A stretch of DNA of 56,861 nt from NCBI GenBank assembly GCA_050952645.1, contig JBMNLI010000004.1:1-56861 (forward strand). Reading direction: 5' to 3'. Both the position numbers and the translations under genes were made by a program. Positions 50,067-56,861 of the stretch are shown here, piece after piece (the stretch's first letter is position 1; each line of letters opens with the position of its first letter). Source of the DNA: Bdellovibrionota bacterium. Lineage in GTDB: Bacteria > Bdellovibrionota_C > UBA2361 > CAKMMH01. Below the pieces are notes generated by a model. The model saw nothing but the letters and a program-made list of their open reading frames with translations. It was not told the origin of the DNA and did not search any database.

Positions 50067-51203
50067 TTAAATTAAATTAGTCGTATGAGCAGTAGAAACT
50101 TTAGCAAGCCTATCTTTACTATTCTCATCACTATTTTCATCGATTAAGTTTTCGTTTTTTAAAATAATATCTCTTAAGTTTTCGCTAGCTTCTTTCGTAA
50201 AATGAAAATCTTTTAAATTGCTTATGTTTTTAGAGTAAATTATATAATCACCACTATCTATAAGAGGAACTATACCACAAAAAGAATACCCTTTTGTTTC
50301 CATATACTCACAAAAATCTGGGCATTTAGGGTCTAGTAAATTCACGTAATATAGGGCGTCTGAAAATCTATTAGTATCGTATTCGATGCAGTCTTTAGTA
50401 AAGCTAGTAAGTAAAGATGGGGTTATGTAAATTCTACAAAGTCCAGTGTGCTTATAAGATTTCAGTTCAATTGGCTTGATATCTGAATAAATTTCAAATG
50501 TTTTTTTACTTTTATCGCTTCCTAATCTTCTAGGAATTTTAAGCCCTATATAGAAATCTGTAATAATATCTACATAAGCATTAGGGGGATAAAAGTAATC
50601 ATTTTTTATTAACTCTGAATTGAAAGTATGTTGGCTGTATAAAATAGGATACGATGTCTGTGTATGAATCTCTTTAGCTTCTAAGGTGGCTATCTCGTCT
50701 AGTTTGTGCCCTGGATAAATAGCAGAGTCGTAAAAGTTCCCAATCATAGATATGGTGTTTTCCATTTTCTTTGGATAGCTAGTTATAAATTTATAAGCCA
50801 TCTTCCAAGATTTTTTGACCGCTAAATCTTCTACTAATCCCCACATTATATTTAAGATTTCTTGCTCATTAGAGTTAGGAGCGACTACTGGCATTATAAT
50901 TTGAATATTTTGAGGGTCTTCTTTATGTGGGCAACACGCTATGTGTCCTATAATTTTTGAATTTTGTTCTGCTACTATGCTTATAAATCTGTTGCCTATA
51001 CGTTCTTTCCAAAAGTCCTCCATGTATACTTCTTTATTAGGAAAAGTAGAACCATAAGTAAGATTAAAAAGCTCTATGATGCCTTTTATGTCATAAACGT
51101 TATCTGGGTTTGTAGCTCTTAAGTTTATATCTAGTTTTGTTGCTTTGCTATTTAATTCTTTATTATCTAATGCTTTACTATTCGTTAAAACTTTGTTATC
51201 CAT
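50067..51203 (-). CDS. GNAT-fold N-acetyltransferase-like protein
   Basis: LRA..PD...I.ELF..TYG..FP; SIVAEQNSKIIGHIA; C-terminal KGYSFCGIVP. Confidence 0.6.
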   Translation of the reverse strand: MDNKVLTNSKALDNKELNSKATKLDINLRATNPDNVYDIKGIIELFNLTYGSTFPNKEVYMEDFWKERIGNRFISIVAEQNSKIIGHIACCPHKEDPQNIQIIMPVVAPNSNEQEILNIMWGLVEDLAVKKSWKMAYKFITSYPKKMENTISMIGNFYDSAIYPGHKLDEIATLEAKEIHTQTSYPILYSQHTFNSELIKNDYFYPPNAYVDIITDFYIGLKIPRRLGSDKSKKTFEIYSDIKPIELKSYKHTGLCRIYITPSLLTSFTKDCIEYDTNRFSDALYYVNLLDPKCPDFCEYMETKGYSFCGIVPLIDSGDYIIYSKNISNLKDFHFTKEASENLRDIILKNENLIDENSDENSKDRLAKVSTAHTTNLI

Positions 51204-51803
51204 AATTAAAAATAAACCTCTAAACGATATACTATTTTTAAAATGTTTTATTCTAGAAACACAAGAATATTTTATACATTATTTTATTTATAGATTATTT
51301 TATTTATACACTAATTTATTAAGTTAGATGATTTTTTACAAGAATTGCATAAAATTAAATAAAAATAAAATTAAAATAAAAAATAACTAAAATAAACTAA
51401 AATAATAAACTAAAATATTATATAGTATATTAAAAGTTTTTAATAGAATTTAACTTCCTTTAAGCTTTTGTGTTATGCTTTTTACTAAAAATAACTTTTT
51501 TACTTAAAGCGATTTTAAACACTCTGCAAAGTATATAGTAAAGATTGCGTTTTCTCAATTAAGAATTTACTAGTTTGGAATAAGCATTCGGGGAAGGGGG
51601 AGGAAGGGAAAAGAGCGTTTAGTTTAATGGTGTGTAATAAAATATACTAATAATATATTGGTTTAAATAAATATATAAATATGATAAGCAAATACTGAAA
51701 GTAAATATTAAGTAAATATTAAATAAATATATAGATAAGTAAATTTAAGTAAATATAACATATTAAATGAATATTATAATTAAAAACGTAGATAAAAAAT
51801 ATT

Positions 51804-53525
51804 ATGGCAAAAAAAGTAACGGGTAATTTAAAAGGTTTATCACAAACAAATTTAAAGAAAATAGAACAGCTTTATAATAAAAAGGTAGATGCAAATAGTG
51901 TAGTCTCTTACGATTTTGCTAAAGCTCTCTTTAGTTTATCTCAAAATATAGGAAGAATAATAGGTGTCTTAATAACTAGAGAAGGAGCAATAGAAGAGGT
52001 TTTCGTAGGGGATAAAAATATTCTCTATATCCCAAATCTTAGGCGTTTTAGAATGTCTAAAGGACGCCTTAGAAGACTTAGGCTAGTATGCACGGTATTA
52101 AAAAAAGATTTTGAGTTATCTAGCGACTATTATACAGATTTGCAAAAATTAAGGCTAGACATGGTAGTTGGGATAAAAGAACTCTGTGGCGTCTTATCTG
52201 CTAAGTATGCCCATTTAGTGCCTTATGATAAAAATAGCAAGCTTTTTTCAAATACTGAAGAAATTGTAGATTTAGAAAAGACAGACTTTAATTTTTCAGA
52301 GTTTATTTCAAGCTTAGAAGATGAGTTAGAAAGTAGTAGTTATGCTAATAGTAAAAATAAAGAAAACAAGAAAGATAAGAAAGATAAGGAAGATAATAAG
52401 GAAGATAAAGAGTGTGCAGTTTTAGTAGGTGTGTATGATAAGGATTATAAGAGAGATAATGAAGCGATTTCTGAGCTTAAAGAGTTAGTAAAAACTGCTA
52501 ATGTTAGCATTGCAGATGTTATCATTCAAAAAAGGAACATTGACCCTAAAACTATTTTAGGAAAAGGAAAGCTAGAGGAGATTATGCTTAGATGTCTTTC
52601 TCTAGGGGCCGATACTCTGATTTTTGATAGAGAGTTAAAGCCTTCACAATTAAGAGATATCTCTAATATTACTAATTTAAAAATTCTCGATAGAAGCATG
52701 GTGATTTTAGATATTTTTGCTAAGAGAGCTAAAAGCAGTGAGGGACGTCTGCAAGTTGAGTTAGCGCAGCTTAAATATAATCTTCCTAGAATCCTAGAAA
52801 GAAACGTCGGCATGTCTAGACTAGTTGGAGGTATTGGGGGAAGAGGCCCAGGGGAGACTAAGCTAGAGGTAGAAAAGCGTCTTATGAATGATAGGATACG
52901 CATTTTAGAAGGAAAGATTGAGGAAATTTCAAAAAGGCGAAAGCTACACCAAAAGAAAAGGCAAAGCGTTCCCGTGCCATTAGTTTCAATTTTAGGTTAT
53001 ACTAATGCTGGGAAAAGCACGCTTTTTAACGCATTAACTCAAAGTGATGTTCTAGTAGAAGATAAGTTGTTTGCTACTCTCGATACGACTAGAAGAAAGC
53101 TTTGTATAGTAGGACATAAGAATAAGGAAAAGTTTAAGTATTGTGATTTAGTTTTAAGTGATACGGTAGGATTTATTAGAGATCTTCCAAGTGAGTTGAT
53201 GACGGCTTTTAAGGCTACGCTAGATGAGCTTTACGATGCTAGCTTGCTTTTACATGTAGTTGATGCTAGTGATAAGGACTCGCTTCATCAATATCGGTCG
53301 GTAGTAGAGATTATAAAAGAAATGGAGATAGGAGATATTCCAAGAATCGTAGTTTTTAATAAGTGCGATATCGTTGATGAAGAGTTTGATTTAGAAACTC
53401 TTGAAGATGCGGTTGAAAATTTTGTAAAAGTTTCAGCGATAACTAAAAAAGGATTTTTAGAACTTAAAAGTAAGATATTAAGTTATTTTTGTAGCGGATT
53501 TACAGTTTATAGTGGAAACTCATAA
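51804..53525 (+). CDS. hflX: GTPase HflX with N-terminal extension
   Basis: ILDIFAKRA.S.EG.LQVELAQL, GRGPGETKLE, GYTNAGKS, LFATLD, DTVGFI, NKCD, SA. Confidence 0.96.
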   Translation: MAKKVTGNLKGLSQTNLKKIEQLYNKKVDANSVVSYDFAKALFSLSQNIGRIIGVLITREGAIEEVFVGDKNILYIPNLRRFRMSKGRLRRLRLVCTVLKKDFELSSDYYTDLQKLRLDMVVGIKELCGVLSAKYAHLVPYDKNSKLFSNTEEIVDLEKTDFNFSEFISSLEDELESSSYANSKNKENKKDKKDKEDNKEDKECAVLVGVYDKDYKRDNEAISELKELVKTANVSIADVIIQKRNIDPKTILGKGKLEEIMLRCLSLGADTLIFDRELKPSQLRDISNITNLKILDRSMVILDIFAKRAKSSEGRLQVELAQLKYNLPRILERNVGMSRLVGGIGGRGPGETKLEVEKRLMNDRIRILEGKIEEISKRRKLHQKKRQSVPVPLVSILGYTNAGKSTLFNALTQSDVLVEDKLFATLDTTRRKLCIVGHKNKEKFKYCDLVLSDTVGFIRDLPSELMTAFKATLDELYDASLLLHVVDASDKDSLHQYRSVVEIIKEMEIGDIPRIVVFNKCDIVDEEFDLETLEDAVENFVKVSAITKKGFLELKSKILSYFCSGFTVYSGNS

Positions 53526-53633
53526 AAGTCTAAAAGGGGCTAAAGGTGAGGGGGAGGGTATTTTGCAAAAGCTACTAAAGGCTAGCTAATTTATAAGTTA
53601 CCGTAAAGTATACTAAAATTTAAGTGTAATTTT

Positions 53634-53662
53634 TTGACTAAGAATAAAAAAATTAGTAAAAT
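53634..53662 (+). promoter_or_regulatory. candidate sigma70 promoter
   Basis: TTGACT-17 bp-TAAAAT; chance matches are likely in AT-rich DNA. Confidence 0.35.
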
Positions 53663-53792
53663 TTAAATTTGTAGGTTGTAAATTGGATGAAATACAATAA
53701 ATAAATTTGTTTTGTCCTATTGTTTTTTTCAAAGTATTTAGGCGTAGCTTAATATGACGTAAGCGTAGCTTAATATAACGAAAGGATCTTTC

Positions 53793-54434
53793 ATGAATAC
53801 TGATAACCAAGCTGGTGGTTTGGAAAGTGGCAATGAAGTGGCAAAAGTTCCTAAAAATACTAAATCGTGGCAAGGACAAGTAGTCGCCTGGGCTCCTAGC
53901 TGGGGGATTTCAGAAGGATTGGCTCGCACAGTTGTCAAAAAGTGTGGCCGCGAGCTAGCTCGGCATTTAGGGGCAGAAGGCGTCCTTGATATCGCCTCTT
54001 CGCACCTTGTCCTTACTGAAGAGGAGCAGCTAGCCTTACGAAAACATTATAATGTTTGTGTGGGACGCTTTGATCTTTTAAACCAACTCGTTCGTGTCCT
54101 TAAGCGCAAGCTTGATGATGGAGAAAGTTTCGATGGTGACGAACTTAGAGAACTTATAGCGACCATCGGAGTAAGCCCCGATGTTATGGCTTGGTATATC
54201 GGATACAAGGCTTTAATATTGTATATAAGCCACTTGAAAAGGCTTCCCGAGATTGAAGAAATTGAGGCTCTTCTTGAGTCAAGATTGAACACAGGAGAAA
54301 ATACTTTAACTCCAGAAGATATAAGCGCAATCTTTAAGCTGATGGCATCTACAGGAGTGGCAATTGAGGTTGCAATTGAAAGATACGAAAAAGGGAAATT
54401 AAGAAATTTAAAGGAACAAGACGAAGAGGAGTAG
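53793..54434 (+). CDS. hypothetical protein
   Basis: AAAGGA RBS, 213-aa ORF, visibly GC-richer than neighbours. Confidence 0.75.
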   Translation: MNTDNQAGGLESGNEVAKVPKNTKSWQGQVVAWAPSWGISEGLARTVVKKCGRELARHLGAEGVLDIASSHLVLTEEEQLALRKHYNVCVGRFDLLNQLVRVLKRKLDDGESFDGDELRELIATIGVSPDVMAWYIGYKALILYISHLKRLPEIEEIEALLESRLNTGENTLTPEDISAIFKLMASTGVAIEVAIERYEKGKLRNLKEQDEEE

Positions 54435-54552
54435 TGCAAAAAAAGACTCATATGCTTAAAAGGTTTCCTTGTTTTTTACGGGATACCTTCTAGAGCTAAG
54501 ACGCCTTTAGACGCACACCTTGCTCATTGTACGTTTCTTAAGATTACATTGC

Positions 54553-54596
54553 TTGCGAGAGTAGAGGCATTTTGCTTTTGCTCTCGCAATTTTTTT
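54553..54596 (+). terminator. intrinsic terminator
   Basis: TTGCGAGAGTAGAGGCA/TGCTTTTGCTCTCGCAA stem then T7. Confidence 0.7.
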
Positions 54597-54769
54597 ATTC
54601 TAAAAATTTTTTTTGACTAAAAAAACTAGAAGCACTAACCTTTAACTTCGTGTGTTTATTATAAGGCTCTTTATAAGTTTAATCTTTAACAATAATATAA
54701 AAAAAAGGAAAAGAGCTAAAAAAGTTTAAAATATATCTATTATTTTTTAATTATTTATGTGATTTAATT

Positions 54770-56833
54770 ATGTCTAGAACTGCATTTACAGGAAATATGG
54801 AACAACGAACATCAGAAAATATAGATGGCAGAAACGGGAAGCCTAATAATACTATTATTTCAGGTCATGAAAGGGACGTTCAGCCAAAAAATACCATAAC
54901 ATTTGAAATGGTAGGATTTCCTAAGGAAAGCCCTAAAAATGCTCAAAACTTGCGAAACGATAGCGCCACTACTAATAAGCAAGCAAAATATGAAGAAGAA
55001 AAATTAATGCTTTCAGAAAAAGTTGATAAAGATTACTTAAAAAACTTAGGTTTTGACGAATCGTTATTAACTTTTGATTTTAACGTGGTTTTAGAAATTA
55101 TTAAAAAGCAGTATGAGATTTTAAGAGAATACGCACACCCAGATAGAGGAAATTGTAGCAGTAGCGTAGAATTTTCTTTAATAAATGATAGCTATAATTT
55201 TTATTCAAGTTTAGTAGAAAATGGTAAGTTTAAAAGTAATTATGATTTATTAAAATATAAAAGAGATAATGATACTAGTGGAGTAAAGTTATCTTACAAT
55301 GCTATGCATAATGTGCGTGGAGAATTTTTAAATTTACGTAAAAATTATTATAAACTATTGACCGTTTATGACACATCTACTGTTATAAATAATAGACTTT
55401 CAGAGAGTTTTGCTATAGATGTAAACATAGATTTAAATGATTTATATGGTATAATTTATGACACTCCTAAAAATAGTAAAAAAGTATACGTTGGAAGAGC
55501 TAAAAAAAATGATAAAAAGCCTTATTTTATAATAAATAAAAATAGCGTCCGATATAGCGTAGATAGCGATGTAAATAATGGCAAAGTTGTAGTTAGTAAA
55601 CCTTTAAAAGATGGAGTGCTAACATCTAACTTTCATAAAGTAGATACTTTAAATCATGAGATAATCGGTTTTATAGCTGCGGATGTTTTTTTAGCGCTTC
55701 AAGAAAATGAGATAATAAATGGCGAAGGTAGCTTTGCTGGATTATCAAGAAAAGATATCGTTAAATTTTTGCCTTATTTAAGAACGAGTTTAGAAAACGA
55801 TGAATATAGTCCTTTTATACTTTTAAGATATACTTTACAAGATGGAAAAGAGAATTTTAAAATAGAGAGAGTTTATAGAGCTGAAAAAAATGGAGAGGTT
55901 CTCCTAAAATCTGAGACTGAAATACTTAAAGACGATAATACAGTTAGAATCACTAATGGAGAGAAAAAATATATCGAGCCTTATATAGTTGAGTATGAAA
56001 ATCCCTTACGCACATTAGGTTTCGGGCAAAACGTGGGCAAAATGCCACTTTGTCTCTTTAAGCAGTTTATTGAACAAAGGTATAAAATCTTAAAAGATTA
56101 TTACCAAGGACAAATAGAGAAAAATTTAAATCAAAAAAAATCATCTGAAATAGCACGTTGTAAAAGAACATTAAAAGTTATTGAAAATGCTTATAACTAC
56201 ATAGCACCTTTTAATGAAGAAAAACTAGCAGAACTTATCAGATTTAAAAAAGAAATTTCTTTAAACGATACCGATTTAGTAAAAAAATACGAAAGAGAAA
56301 GAGTAAAATTCCATGAAGCCTTAGAAGTTTATAGAAAAAAAGTTTTAAGTTTTTGTCTTCCGTCTAGCAATCTACACGCAGTGCAAAATTTAAAAAATAC
56401 TAAGCTTTCCATTCATCCTTTAATGGCTTTAGGAAGATTCATAACTGATCCCCTAACAGATATTCATAATTTTAATATTGATAGTAGAGGTTATGTTGTA
56501 AATAGAGAAATTGAAAATAATTTAATAACTCTAGAAAATAAAATCGTAGTTGGTGCTATCTCTAAAGAAATCGTAGAAGATGAAGGTGGTATTATAGAGT
56601 ATGTCGCTTCTTTAAAATGCAATCCTGAAGATAAAGGGGTGCTTTTGATAGAGGGAAACGTTGAAGAAAGAATGAATAAAGATGATGTTTATGGGAAAAG
56701 AATTCCTGCAAGATATTCGGAAAATTTAATAGATAATATAAAAAATATTATAGATGATGGAGACTATCTAGTAACGTATAATCACGATATATACGGTGGG
56801 TATTTTGCGATTGAAGGGGTAGTTTCTAAGTAA
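54770..56833 (+). CDS. hypothetical protein with J-domain-like motif and internal duplication
   Basis: YLKNLGF...IKKQYEIL...AHPDRG...EFSLINDSY; second copy NPLRTLGF...EQRYKIL...KVIENAY. Confidence 0.6.
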   Translation: MSRTAFTGNMEQRTSENIDGRNGKPNNTIISGHERDVQPKNTITFEMVGFPKESPKNAQNLRNDSATTNKQAKYEEEKLMLSEKVDKDYLKNLGFDESLLTFDFNVVLEIIKKQYEILREYAHPDRGNCSSSVEFSLINDSYNFYSSLVENGKFKSNYDLLKYKRDNDTSGVKLSYNAMHNVRGEFLNLRKNYYKLLTVYDTSTVINNRLSESFAIDVNIDLNDLYGIIYDTPKNSKKVYVGRAKKNDKKPYFIINKNSVRYSVDSDVNNGKVVVSKPLKDGVLTSNFHKVDTLNHEIIGFIAADVFLALQENEIINGEGSFAGLSRKDIVKFLPYLRTSLENDEYSPFILLRYTLQDGKENFKIERVYRAEKNGEVLLKSETEILKDDNTVRITNGEKKYIEPYIVEYENPLRTLGFGQNVGKMPLCLFKQFIEQRYKILKDYYQGQIEKNLNQKKSSEIARCKRTLKVIENAYNYIAPFNEEKLAELIRFKKEISLNDTDLVKKYERERVKFHEALEVYRKKVLSFCLPSSNLHAVQNLKNTKLSIHPLMALGRFITDPLTDIHNFNIDSRGYVVNREIENNLITLENKIVVGAISKEIVEDEGGIIEYVASLKCNPEDKGVLLIEGNVEERMNKDDVYGKRIPARYSENLIDNIKNIIDDGDYLVTYNHDIYGGYFAIEGVVSK

Positions 56834-56861
56834 TTTTTTAAAATCGTGTAAACTTACCAAG

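Noticed and set aside
51204..51803. ncRNA or riboswitch in long spacers (also 21988-22536, 24652-25023)
   Set aside because: Only AT-rich degenerate micro-repeats; no recognisable conserved RNA motif by eye (an Rfam scan would be decisive)

Overview
AT-rich chromosomal window from a diderm bacterium (lolA, lnt, OmpA lipoprotein). Coding density is about 82% by my count, with long, repeat-rich intergenic spacers. Most genes are housekeeping: prs, prfC, PIN-PhoH, acyl-CoA/ACP synthetase, nrnA, truB, lolA, rimO, pgl, ribosomal protein THX (missed by the ORF track), rnc, der, lnt, eno, ftsB, tRNA-Asp and hflX. There is also a carbohydrate block (hexokinase plus a glycogen synthase-phosphorylase fusion) and two secreted proteases. 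The strongest candidate for an undescribed system is at 11.9-22.0 kb: a TraF-like / (TraH-position) / TraG_N-like operon converging on a VirD4-type coupling ATPase that carries an extra W-rich C-terminal domain. No relaxase, VirB4 or integrase is in the window, which suggests a domesticated type IV secretion module. Signal-less orphan proteins with eukaryote-style modules (EF-hand plus calpain-like Cys protease; tandem J-domain protein) are candidate substrates. Two families of dispersed intergenic repeats (one MITE-like with terminal inverted repeats) and pervasive short tandem duplications are also present. Three genes have single-base frameshifts at homopolymers, probably assembly errors. 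All calls are by motif recognition only; no searches were run.
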